This document shows positions 17,492 to 27,123 of a stretch of 27,123 bases of DNA, one piece after another. Both the position numbers and the translations under genes were made by a program. Numbering within the stretch: the first letter of the stretch is position 1; each line of letters opens with the position of its first letter. Source of the stretch: Candidatus Bathyarchaeota archaeon (GTDB taxonomy: Archaea > Thermoproteota > Bathyarchaeia > Bathyarchaeales > Bathycorpusculaceae); the NCBI GenBank assembly GCA_963770935.1, contig CAVYRJ010000018.1, forward strand, positions 1 through 27,123. The letters run 5' to 3'. Below the pieces are notes generated by a model, which worked only from the letters and a program-made list of their open reading frames with translations, made no database searches and had not been told where the DNA came from.

Positions 17492-17561
17492 TCAATTAAA
17501 CAAGACAGATAAAGCCTTAAAACCATAACCTGCATTTGTCTTCTGCAAAGAGGAATTTGCA

Positions 17562-18443
17562 TTGAAGGTTATCTCTGGTCCAGCGTCTAAAGAGCTTGCT
17601 GAAGCCGTTTCAGCGCAAACAGGTTACCCAAACGTGCCCGTTGTCTCCAAGATTTTCCCAGATGGCGAATCATACGTGCGCTTAGACGGCAACATTTCAG
17701 GCGAAGATGTAGCAATTGTACAGACAACTTGCCCACCAATGCAGGATGGCAGACTTTTTCAGTTAGCATTCTTGGCGGATTCTGCTAAGCGTGCAGGCGC
17801 AAAAAAAGTCACTGCCGTAGTACCTTACTTGGCATATGCAAGGCAAGACAAAATGTTTCTCTCCGGCGAAGGCATAAGCGTGGAAACCATCGCGCGGATG
17901 CTTAAAGCGGCTGGAATCGACGAGTTTCTAACAATTAACATTCACTCTGAGCCCACCTTGGCGCAATTTCCGTTTCCAGCCAAAACACTCAGCGCCATAC
18001 CCCTAATCGCTGAATACTTCGTTAAGAAAGGTTACAAAGGCGCATTCGCCCTTTCACCTGACAAAGGCGCCATGTACATAGCCAAACAGGCCCAAGCCGT
18101 CCTAGGCGGCGATGTGGGACATCTAAGCAAGACACGTGACCGCTACACAGGACAAACCGTACAAACCGCAGAGGGCTTAAACGTAGAAGACCAAACCGTC
18201 ATAATTCTGGATGACATCATCAGCACAGGTGGCACTATCGTTGGAGCAGCAAAAATATTGCGTGAACAAGGAGCCAAACATGTTTTCTGTGGTTGCGTCC
18301 ATGGCTTGCTTATCGGCGACGCGGAGAAACGCATTTTGGATGCGGGCGTGGAAGAAATCGTTGGAACCGACAGCGTCCCAAGCAGTGTAAGTAAGGTTTC
18401 GCTGGCGCCTCTGATTAGTCAAGCTCTTAAAGGCGCTATTTAG
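17562..18443 (+). CDS. prs: Ribose-phosphate pyrophosphokinase
   Basis: FPDGE, PYLAYARQDK, SPDKGA, ILDDIISTGGT. Confidence 0.95.
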   Translation: MKVISGPASKELAEAVSAQTGYPNVPVVSKIFPDGESYVRLDGNISGEDVAIVQTTCPPMQDGRLFQLAFLADSAKRAGAKKVTAVVPYLAYARQDKMFLSGEGISVETIARMLKAAGIDEFLTINIHSEPTLAQFPFPAKTLSAIPLIAEYFVKKGYKGAFALSPDKGAMYIAKQAQAVLGGDVGHLSKTRDRYTGQTVQTAEGLNVEDQTVIILDDIISTGGTIVGAAKILREQGAKHVFCGCVHGLLIGDAEKRILDAGVEEIVGTDSVPSSVSKVSLAPLISQALKGAI

Positions 18444-19490
18444 TGCCTAAACTCTTCTTTTTATTATCGGGCGAGAACGAGTCGCTGCCAGCCGCCGAAG
18501 TTAAGGCGATTTTAGAGGCGGAAGGTTACAGTTACTCGAATGCTTCAGAATTCGACCAGATCCTGCGGTTAGAAGCAGAAGCTGACAGCGTCCAATCTGT
18601 GCAGGTTCGCTCGGCGTACACCCGCTTTTGCGCTTTGGAACTTTTCGTGGCAAATGCAAACAACGAAGACATAGCAAAAGTAGTTTCCGAAACAGACTTC
18701 AAAGCAGTGCTGAAGCCCGGCGAAACTTTTGTAGTGCGGATAAACCGTATTAAAAACTATGCGGACAAAGACCTGAACACGATGACGCTGGAAGGCGATC
18801 TGGGCAAACAAATCCTAAGTCTTACCGAAGGCACAAAAGTAAACCTGAAAAACCCGGATAAAACTTTCATAGGAATAATCACAGACGAAAAACTTGTTTT
18901 AGGCTTAAAACTAACCGATATAACCAGCAAAACCTTCTCTGAGCGACGACCACGCAAAAAACCCTTCTTCCATCCCTCTGCTATGCCCTCAAAAATGGCA
19001 CGGTGCATGGTGAATCTGGCTCATGCAAAAGCTGAGTCGGTTTTGTTGGATCCGTTCTGCGGCACGGGCACTTCGCTTATTGAAGCCACCTACATCGGCT
19101 GCCGCGCAGTCGGCGTGGATGCTCAGCGTCGAATGATTTTGGGTACACAAAAAAACCTGAGGTTTTTCAATATAGTTGCCGGAAGGCTTGGTGCTGGCTG
19201 ATTCACGAAAAATTCCGCTGTTCAAGGTTGACGCGGTGGTTACAGACCCACCTTATGGGCGCTCGTCAAGCACGCTGAAATCCACAACTAAGCAGTTGGT
19301 GGAAGACGTTTTAGCTGCGTCGCTAGCTCTGCTTGGGGTGGGGCAAACGGATTTGTATCGCTTCCCCTAAAACATTAAACATCTCGCGAATAGGCAAGCG
19401 GTTGGGCTACAAGCATGTGGAATCCCATTTGCGTATGTCCATCAGTCTTTGACGCGGGAGATTGCAGTATTCGAAAAGGTGACAGCATGA
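18443..19490 (+). CDS. trm11: tRNA (guanine-10-N2)-methyltransferase (THUMP + MTase), about three frameshifts
   Basis: LSGE, THUMP-like region, PFFHPS, LDPFCGTG, TDPPYGRS, then YVHQSLTREI in later frames; the final TGA overlaps the rnz ATG. Confidence 0.85.
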
Positions 19491-20407
19491 GTATTCGTGT
19501 GGTGTTTCTTGGAACAAGCGGCAGCGTTCCAACGCTTAAAAGAAGTCTGCCCTCCGTTGTCGTTCAATGCCCACGTAACCAGTGGATGTTTGACTGCGGC
19601 GAAAACGTACAACGGCAAATGATGCAAGCAAAAGTCAGTTTCCACCGCAAAATGAAGATTTTCATAACTCACCTTCATGGGGACCATGTATTGGGTTTGC
19701 CTGGGCTTTTACAGACAATGGCGCTAATGGAACGCAAAGAACCCGTGGAGATTTATGGACCCATGGGACTCAAAGATTTCCTAGTCTGCACCAAAGAGAC
19801 ACTCAACTTCGGGTTAAACTACCCGGTAGAAATCAACCAAATCGTCTCCGAAGGCGTTGTCTGCAACGAAGAAGAATACAGCATTGCAGCCACCAAATCT
19901 AACCATGCGGTAGAGAGCTATGCTTTTGCGTTTTTAGAGAAGCCGCGTCCTGGAAAGTTCTATCCCAAATTAGCCCAAGCATTGGGAATTCCAGCGGGAG
20001 AGTTGTGGTCTCGGCTGCAACGAGGCGAAGAAATCACTTTAGCGGATGGCAAATCAGTTAAACCGGGCGACGTAATGGGGCCTTTGCGAGCGGGTAGAAA
20101 AATTGTCTACACAGGCGACACTAAACCATTCGAATCATTCGCCAAATTCGCGGAGGGAGCGGATTTGGTGATTCATGATTGCACTTTTGACGATTCACTT
20201 GTAGAAAAAGCTGGTGTGGATGGGCATTCAACACCAAGCCAAGCGGCAAATCAGGCAAAGGCTGCTGAGGCAAAACAGCTTGCTCTCTCACATATCAGCG
20301 CAAGGTACCCAAACGCTGGACTGCTTTTAGAACAGGCAAAAAAAATCTTTCCCAATACTGTGCTGGCTGAGGATTTTATGGAGTTGGAGCTGCCCTTAAG
20401 CGAGTAG
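19487..20407 (+). CDS. rnz: Ribonuclease Z
   Basis: FLGTSGSVP, DCGE, THLHGDH, exosite GIPAG, YTGDT, HST, HISARY. Confidence 0.95.
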   Translation: MSIRVVFLGTSGSVPTLKRSLPSVVVQCPRNQWMFDCGENVQRQMMQAKVSFHRKMKIFITHLHGDHVLGLPGLLQTMALMERKEPVEIYGPMGLKDFLVCTKETLNFGLNYPVEINQIVSEGVVCNEEEYSIAATKSNHAVESYAFAFLEKPRPGKFYPKLAQALGIPAGELWSRLQRGEEITLADGKSVKPGDVMGPLRAGRKIVYTGDTKPFESFAKFAEGADLVIHDCTFDDSLVEKAGVDGHSTPSQAANQAKAAEAKQLALSHISARYPNAGLLLEQAKKIFPNTVLAEDFMELELPLSE

Positions 20408-21179
20408 CTGTTTGAGCTTCTGGATGCTCTGTGGCACTTTATGCATGGATTCGACGACGACGGTTTTGTCATAACCGATTTTTTTGAGAGTCTCAGCAAA
20501 CCATAGATAGTCGATGTTTCCATCTTCAACCCCAAAATGTTGGTCGTCTGAGCCGTCATTGTTGCTAGCGTGGATATGCACAATTTTGTCGGCAACCAAA
20601 TTAAAGAACGGTTGAATTTGTCCCTCCAAGTTGGCATGCCCAAGATCCAGAGTTATGCCTACAGGCAAGTTGGTTTCCTTGTACATCTTCAGAAATTCCT
20701 CTGGTGTATTCATCAAAAACCAGTATTTTGCAGGCAAATTCTCCAGTGCAATGTTTATTCCATATTCCTCGGCGATTGCATGGAGCTTCTGGATGCTTTG
20801 GCACATAGTCTTGAAGTCGGCGCCTGGATAGAAGCTTCCGATTCCTGTGCGTTGCCCCGGATGAAACACCCACATCTTGGCGTCGATTGCGTTAGCGTTG
20901 GCGAGTGATTGTGCTAGGCGTTTTAATGAGGCGTTTAGCAAGGGCTTAACTGGCGAGGCTATGTTGACGTCAGCAAAGGGTGCATGTAAGCTGTATGTGA
21001 GGTTGTAGGATTTTGCGGATTCTCTGAGTGCAGCGTATGCGTTTTTTGTCAAGGTCATGGGTTCCGTCATCGAGGATTTCTATGTATTTGGTATCCATTG
21101 TGCCTAAGCGCTTAACCATGCGGTTGAATGGTTCACCCAGACAGTAGAGCATTGAAACGCCAACTTTGGGTTTAGACAT
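20396..21179 (-). CDS. Sugar phosphate isomerase/epimerase (AP endonuclease 2-like TIM barrel), frameshift near 21060
   Basis: ORFs 20970-21179 and 20396-21070 join; HAPF.DVNIAS, HPG, ALEN, LDLGHA, HIH...D.H, VVE. Confidence 0.85.
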
Positions 21180-21369
21180 GCATATTCATCTTCGAAATTG
21201 GAATGTTTCTGGTTAAAAGCTATACCTGCCTAAATAAGTTAATCCTCAAAAGAAGTCAAACCTGTTGGAAATAAATTTATGAATTTTGAAATTATTGATG
21301 CTAAGAGTGTCTAACGTAAGTTCACTTATGGGCTTCAGGTCAAACAAATAAATAATTTAGAATAATGTT

Positions 21370-21885
21370 TTAGGGGAATAGTTTTCTTCCCCATTGATTC
21401 AGTCCTATTGTCACAGGTCTTGTAGTTTTGTATTGTACCTGTCTTATACCTAGGGCGAGTTCAGTGAATTCTCTTATAGTTTTATAACGGAAGTCCCATG
21501 TTGGCGTGCCATAACGCAAACCACTGCACATGTTATCCGCGTAAACGTACAATTTATGCCCCATGTAATCGAATTCTGCTTGGTTGGGTTCGCCATATTT
21601 TGGTTCCGAGAGCACTTTGAAAGGCCAGATTTTGCAGGCTTCAGGTTTCATTGCCTGTAATCCGCAGAAGTAGGTGTTGGTTTTGTTGCAGAGAAACCCA
21701 CAGGAGCCGTCGCTGGTACGTTTGATGTAGAAGCGGTCTAAACCTGAAACTGTGGTTTCGATGCCGAAGGATTTGGAGATGTTGAGCCACTCAGGAAAGC
21801 CCAACACTACGCTGTAGAGTTTGCAGCAGTAACCGCACGCTTTGCAATGCCAATCTGAGACGTTTTGCCATGGAACAAACTGCAT
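21370..21885 (-). CDS. YkgJ family cysteine-cluster (Fe-S/Zn) protein
   Basis: CKACGYCC, CGFL, C......KPEACKIWPF. Confidence 0.85.
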   Translation of the reverse strand: MQFVPWQNVSDWHCKACGYCCKLYSVVLGFPEWLNISKSFGIETTVSGLDRFYIKRTSDGSCGFLCNKTNTYFCGLQAMKPEACKIWPFKVLSEPKYGEPNQAEFDYMGHKLYVYADNMCSGLRYGTPTWDFRYKTIREFTELALGIRQVQYKTTRPVTIGLNQWGRKLFP

Positions 21886-21959
21886 CTTACATAAGACACT
21901 CTTTTAGAAGTCAAGACGAAAAGAAGATTAAATATTTTTCCAAACAACTGAGAGAAAAA

Positions 21960-22442
21960 TTAGGGTTTTTTGTAGAGGTAAATGGTGTGTGAGGGATAGC
22001 CTAACTTGGGGTTTTCGCAGAAATTCTCAACTTTTGTCGGTTTCCAACCGATTATCTCGTAGTCATGCGAGACTATACGCGCACCCTTTTTGAGGTCGCT
22101 CTCAAGCTTTGGCTTGATTTTCTCGTTAGCACTAGTCGTCAAGTAAAGGTAGACTACGTCAGCAGAGGTCAGGTTCACGTTGAACATGTCATCGTTCATG
22201 ATGGTTACTCTGTCGTCAAGACCGTTCTCATGAATGTTGCCCATCGCTTTTTTAGCCAAATCCTCGCGCAACTCAATACCGACTCCTCGGGCGCCAAAAG
22301 TTTTCGCTGCCATAATCACGGTCCTGCCGTCTCCCGAACCCATGTCGAAGAGGACTTCGCCAGCTTTCAAATCAGCCAGCTTAAGCATATATTCTACAAC
22401 GGTTTGTGGACTTGGAACAAAGGGAGCTATAAACATACTCAA
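21960..22442 (-). CDS. Small class I SAM-dependent methyltransferase (protein-lysine MTase-like)
   Basis: APFVPSP, DMGSGDGR, GIE, VVYLYL, RIVSHDY. Confidence 0.88.
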   Translation of the reverse strand: MSMFIAPFVPSPQTVVEYMLKLADLKAGEVLFDMGSGDGRTVIMAAKTFGARGVGIELREDLAKKAMGNIHENGLDDRVTIMNDDMFNVNLTSADVVYLYLTTSANEKIKPKLESDLKKGARIVSHDYEIIGWKPTKVENFCENPKLGYPSHTIYLYKKP

Positions 22443-22472
22443 TTCCTACCCTTAACAAAGCCGGTCATGTTG

Positions 22473-22799
22473 TTATGCCACATAAGCGTCTTTTTTGGGC
22501 TGCGGGCGTTTTGCTTCGCCGCATTTGACGCAGCTTTGTGCGCATAGATCCAGGTATTTTTCTTCTTCCGCTGATTCGAGAGCTTTTGCTGCTTTGGTGC
22601 ACATTTCGCTGGGCTCTTTGCAGCCCTCTTCCTTACATAGGTTTGAGATGTATTGGCAAACTTGTTGGACATCTTTGGGCTCTAGAACTGCTCTGTTGGT
22701 ACGTACAAGTAAGCAGAGTTCCCGCGCCATTACGCAGGTTTTAACATATTTGATGCGTTCGAGAACTTCGTTGCGTAGGTTCTTTCGGCTAATTTCCAC
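22473..22799 (-). CDS. Hypothetical Cys-rich helical protein
   Basis: 108 aa with 9 Cys including CAQSCVKC; co-oriented with its neighbours. Confidence 0.7.
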   Translation of the reverse strand: MEISRKNLRNEVLERIKYVKTCVMARELCLLVRTNRAVLEPKDVQQVCQYISNLCKEEGCKEPSEMCTKAAKALESAEEEKYLDLCAQSCVKCGEAKRPQPKKDAYVA

Positions 22800-22889
22800 T
22801 TTCTATTCTCCTATGAATATAATAAGTAGATAGCAAAAATAAGAGGCTTTAAGCTTAAAAGCTTGCTGTTAAGTTCCTCGGAACAAACA

Positions 22890-23708
22890 CTATAAAGTCT
22901 TCAACATGCTGCCGGATTCATAACCTTCTAAGTCAAACGTTACATACTTGAAACCAAGTTTCTTCAGTTCAAAAGCCACCTTATCCTGCACATCAATGTT
23001 GCAAAACAAGATTCTTTCTGTTTTAGCAACCTCAATGCGGGCTAAACGGTTGTGGTCTCTGACGCGAACCTGCTTAACCCCCGTTACAGCCTTTACTGCT
23101 TGTTCTGCCCTATCGATTCGGCTTAACTTTTCAGCGGTGATCTTCTCATTAAACGGAATCCTCGAAGCTAAACAAGCCAACGCAGGTTTGTCATGAACGC
23201 TAAGACCCATCTGTTTGGCAACTTGGCGAATCTCAGTCTTACTAAATCCGTTTATCATCCAGGGGCTGTAGACGTCTTTTACTTCTTGGACGGCTTTGAA
23301 TCCTGGTCGGTGGTCGTTTAAGTCGGAAAAGTTTGTGCCTTCAAAAACCGTTTTGAACCCAAGTTTATTGGCAAAGTTGATTAGGGTTTGGAGGAGTTCT
23401 TTTTTACAGTAGTAGCAGCGGTTTTCGGGGTTTCTGCTAAAATCTGGGTTTTCCAGCTCATTGGTTTCTACCACGTACAAGCGGATTCCTATGTCCAAGG
23501 CTATTTTTTTTGCGTCGCGTAGCTCCTCAGAAGTGTAGGTGGGGGATTGAGCGATAACTGCTACTGCTTTGTTTCCTAAAACCTTATGGCTTAGGGCAGC
23601 CAACGTTGAACTGTCTACGCCTCCAGAAAAAGCGACAACCGCACCGTTTCTTCCTTTTTCCTGTATGAAATGTTTGATTAGAGCAAGTTTATCATTTAAT
23701 TTTTCCAT
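22890..23708 (-). CDS. larE: ATP-dependent sulfur transferase LarE
   Basis: AFSGGVDS, RCYYCK, D.RPG, ACLASRIP, RVRDH, ARIEV, GY.SGSM. Confidence 0.92.
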   Translation of the reverse strand: MEKLNDKLALIKHFIQEKGRNGAVVAFSGGVDSSTLAALSHKVLGNKAVAVIAQSPTYTSEELRDAKKIALDIGIRLYVVETNELENPDFSRNPENRCYYCKKELLQTLINFANKLGFKTVFEGTNFSDLNDHRPGFKAVQEVKDVYSPWMINGFSKTEIRQVAKQMGLSVHDKPALACLASRIPFNEKITAEKLSRIDRAEQAVKAVTGVKQVRVRDHNRLARIEVAKTERILFCNIDVQDKVAFELKKLGFKYVTFDLEGYESGSMLKTL

Positions 23709-23713
23709 GCAAA

Positions 23714-24965
23714 TTACCTATTTTTTAGAACTTCTCGTGCTTGTGAAACTGCAATTTCTGAGAGTTCTCTTAGAGGTTTTTTGGTTTTTTCAGCCAGCCT
23801 TTTAAGGTCCTCGTACTCGGGTTTTATGTGGATAATGTCTCCGTTTTGGTTTTTGGCAACTTTAACCCTAACGGTTTCCTTATTGCCCATCACAAGCAAA
23901 TCCACCATGTGCAATTCTCGGTTTATTATGTGCCGCTCGCAGAAGTAAACTCTAACGCCTAGCGTACCTGTTTCGTCAATTAGTACTTTTGAAAGGTGCT
24001 CAACATCTTTTTGGTCAGCAATTACCTTGATTATTTGTCCGGGTCTGTTCTTTTTGGTGAACATGGGAATGATGCTTACGTCTTTGGCGCCTTCGCTTAA
24101 CAGTTTCTCAAGCGTGTACCCCAGAACCTCACCAGTTGCGTCATCAATGTTGGTTTCTAAAACAGCAATCTCATCCTTCACAAGTCCACTCTCCAGCGAC
24201 TCGCCCATTGTTAGTCTTAAAACGGCAGGCATCTGGGCAAACTCTTTGGTTCCCGCACCGTAACCAATCTTTAGAGGCGTCATAGACGGGTAAAATCGGG
24301 TAACTTCGTCAACTAAATTAACTAAAATAGAAACACCCGTTGGCGTCGCCAACTCAGCTTCTATTGGTCCGCCTTGGAAGGGGAACTTTTTTGATTGAAG
24401 TATGGCTAATGTTGCAGGCGCGGGACTTGAAACTATGCCGTGGGAAAACTTGAATGTTCCTCCGCCCACCGCTACAGGTGTAGAGTAAATCTTTGAATCA
24501 AACAAGCCCTAAATCATCCAAAGCTACCGCAGAGCCAAGGATTTCGGCGGCGGTATCAACCATCGCCACCTCATGCAAATGCGCATCGTCAAACGAGGTT
24601 TTATGCAAATCTGCTTCGGCGCCGACTAGTGTGCGGATGACTTTGGAGGCAAACTGTTTGGCTTTTTGGGAAAGCTCAAGGTTGCCTGCGGCTTTTTCTA
24701 CTATGTCCACAAGTTCGCTGCCGCGTCTTTTCTGGGCTGATTCAGAGGTGACGTCGATTTGTGTAGCTTTGAATTCGCCCCTCATTACGGGGTTAATTTT
24801 TATTTTGATGTTTTTGTAGCCGTACTCCGGCTTTTCAAGCGTTTTTATGGCAGAGGTAATCTTTTCAACGTTGGCTCCAAGGTCAATTAACGCACCTAAA
24901 ATCATGTCTCCAGCAACACCTGAAGCCTGACAATCGATTAGAAGAATTTTCTTAGTTTCAGTCAT
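23714..24965 (-). CDS. larC: Nickel insertase LarC, frameshift near 24500
   Basis: GVAGDMILGAL, HLHEV, HG...PAPAT, TPTG, ETNIDD, KKNRPG, ETGTLGVR, PEYED. Confidence 0.9.
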
Positions 24966-25043
24966 AGTTTATCACAAAAAATCGTTTCAATCAAGCAAGC
25001 ATAATAGATATATTATCTTGCGTTTTTTAAATATTGTCTGTTT

Positions 25044-25835
25044 ATGTCATCGCTTAGAGAAGTTTTAGACAAAGTTGCTTCAAATCAGATTTCGCCTGCT
25101 GAAGCCGAAAAAATCCTGCAATTGCTCACAATTGACGAGGTTGGGTGTTTAGCTAAGCTGGATGGGAACAGGGGGCTACGTAAGGGGATTCCTGAGATTA
25201 TTTTGGCTGAAGGCAAATCGGCAAGTGATGTAGCGGAAATTTCTCGGCGGATGGTTGCTAAGTGTGGGCGAGCGATTGTGAGCCGGTGCACTAAAGAACA
25301 TATTTTGGCGGTTAAAGAAGCGTTCCAAAACGATGTACAGATGGAAATTAACGATAAAGCCCGAGATGGTGGTAGTCAAAAACGAAAGGTTTCAGCATTA
25401 CTCCAAGCGGGGGTCGAATTGGGATTTTAACGGCTGGAACCTCCGACATTCCTGTGGCTGAAGAAGCCAAAATCATCGCTCAAGAGATGGGCTGCACTGT
25501 TTATTCGACCTACGATGTTGGGGTCGCAGGAATTCACAGGTTGATTGAGCCACTAAAACAGGTATTCTCAAACGATGTTGATGTTGTCGTTGTTGTAGCT
25601 GGACGTGAAGGCGCTTTGGCGTCTGTGGTTTCTGGGTTGGTTGATGTTCCAGTTATCGCGGTTCCAACCTCGAATAGTTACGGTTTTGGCGAAAAGGGAT
25701 TGAGTGCGCTTATGGCTATGCTTCAGTCGTGTTCGTTGGGGTTGGCAGTTGTTAACATCGATGGTGGTGTATGCTGCGGGTGCAGTGGCGACGTTGGTTG
25801 CTAATCGCGCTGCCAAATTCAGAAAAAACCCTTAA
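25044..25835 (+). CDS. larB: NaAD carboxylase/hydrolase LarB (PurE-like), two frameshifts
   Basis: R.LRKGIPE...[43 protein letters not shown]. Confidence 0.9.
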
Positions 25836-26115
25836 CTTTTTTTGACAGGTTTCCTGAACATTACTTTGCTAATTAATAGACCCATAAGTAGAACCGTTAA
25901 TACACCAAAGATTCCAGCAAATAAAGTGGAAACATATGAGTTACTGATTGAACTAAAAGAATAATCTGATAGCAGACCGCTCCACAAGTTTTCATTTTCT
26001 TGGGCTCCATAAGTTTGTACTACCTTTTCAAGACCGTCTGGATTAGTCGACGCTAACGGTATAAAGAAAACTGAAAAACAATGACTAAAGCTGCAGCAAC
26101 GACATATTTTTTCAA
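25832..26115 (-). CDS. nikN: PDGLE-domain ECF transporter component (NikN-like), one frameshift; not in ORF track
   Basis: TTG overlapping the nikM stop; ...IPLASTNPDGLEKV...LLSDYS...AGIFGVLTV. Confidence 0.8.
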
Positions 26116-26777
26116 AGTATTTTTCTCTCCTTTAACAATGTTAAGCCACCCATGATTGTTGGGTTCAATCGCTGTATTGAGGTAACAAGCACAGTTGTAA
26201 TTGCGCCTTCTCCTATTCCGATTATTCCATGAAGTAACATCATGGAGGGAAGAGTAACAGCAATCCCGCCAGTGAATGCTGGAGCAACTTCAAAACTGGT
26301 AATTAAAGCGCCAAGCATCACTGAAGTCCATGATGCAATGAAAACACATGCAATGAACCATTTTTGACTCTTGTTTTTTTTAGTCAACAATTTAATCAGA
26401 AAGAAGCTCAATCCACCGATTATTGCCATGTTAAAGAGGTTCATGCCAAACGCAACTATGCCTCCATCGGCAAAAAATAGAGCTTGCATGCTCAAAACCA
26501 GAGTCATGCTTAAGATAGCTGCAAATGGACCAAGCAGTACGGCAAGGAAAGTTCCACCTATCAAATGTCCGCTTGTTCCAAAAGCTATCGGAAAATTAAT
26601 CATTTGTGCAGCAAACACGAATGCGCTTGATATTGCCAACAGAGCAGTTATTGAACGTGAATATGTTTGCTGTGCTTTTTTCCAAGACCATGCCAAGATG
26701 CCGACGGATATTATCCACATTGCTATGGCTAAGATGATTGAAGTGTTGTTTAGGATTAATCCATCAGAGATGTGCAT
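26112..26777 (-). CDS. nikM: ECF Ni/Co transporter substrate component NikM/CbiM
   Basis: MHISDG N-terminus, QMINFP, GTSGHLIG, QALFFADGG, GIGEG. Confidence 0.9.
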   Translation of the reverse strand: MHISDGLILNNTSIILAIAMWIISVGILAWSWKKAQQTYSRSITALLAISSAFVFAAQMINFPIAFGTSGHLIGGTFLAVLLGPFAAILSMTLVLSMQALFFADGGIVAFGMNLFNMAIIGGLSFFLIKLLTKKNKSQKWFIACVFIASWTSVMLGALITSFEVAPAFTGGIAVTLPSMMLLHGIIGIGEGAITTVLVTSIQRLNPTIMGGLTLLKERKIL

Positions 26778-26790
26778 GATTTAACTTCCT

Positions 26791-26822
26791 CAGTAACACT
26801 TTTTGAAATTTTAGTGTTACTG
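26791..26822. promoter_or_regulatory. NikR-type operator
   Basis: Perfect inverted repeat CAGTAACACT-N12-AGTGTTACTG (= GTAACA-N16-TGTTAC) between the TATA-like TTTTATAT (26826-26833, minus strand) and the nikM start. Confidence 0.75.
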
Positions 26823-27123
26823 GAAATATAAAAGTGTTTAGGAGCAAAAACAATCAGGTTAATCAACCAAATCCCAATTAGAACCAACCAAAATGCTCAA
26901 CAGCCCCACGTTTGTCTGCTTCTGTTGGTACCCTGATGTGACAACAAAACAATATATTCCATCAAAAGAATGGTGTATTTTGCCGGTTGAGGAACACGCT
27001 TCACGGTGACACGCAGTATTGGTCGCTAAGCCACTGCTAAATCGCAGCTGAGATCACATCAAGGATGCGAATTAGTAAGAGCTTCTGACTAGGCGGTGTT
27101 TCTGTGGGGTTTAGACTCAACCC

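Noticed and set aside
24490-24510. larC split as a programmed ribosomal frameshift (as in Lactobacillus larC1/larC2)
   Set aside because: The break is at about residue 155, inside the N-terminal domain rather than at the C1/C2 boundary near ETNIDD, and similar indels pepper neighbouring genes
26880-27123. Possible cobalamin riboswitch or RNase P RNA upstream of nikM
   Set aside because: Only isolated words (gccactg, acagaaacaccgcc) are present; the conserved cores are missing, gccactg is on the wrong strand, and the nikM promoter lies downstream of this region

Overview
Archaeal chromosomal segment, based on a tRNA with a BHB-type intron, Trm11 and an e-MtaB-type methylthiotransferase; Bathyarchaeia is my guess from gene style and is unverified. 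The left ~7.9 kb is the end of an element integrated at the 3' end of tRNA-Arg(TCT). It carries a tyrosine integrase at the end of a small coupled operon and a divergent pair of ribbon-helix-helix (RHH) regulator genes with an inverted-repeat operator. Most notably, it also holds an array of single-gene cargo units: a kelch surface protein, a second RHH gene, a CxxC zinc-finger gene and a beta-helix surface protein. These units are delimited by five direct copies of the 3' end of the RHH gene (coding ...KEGWKLPxx*), which suggests a cassette-accretion system using a protein-coding gene end as its recombination site. The right ~19 kb is core genome: GT2, EamA, ThiI-like, AlkD-like, cdrS-like RHH, mtaB, cysS, lplA, prs, trm11, rnz, a TIM-barrel protein, YkgJ, a methyltransferase, larE/larC/larB and nikMN with a NikR-type operator. 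Many core genes are broken by single-base indels, most likely long-read consensus errors.
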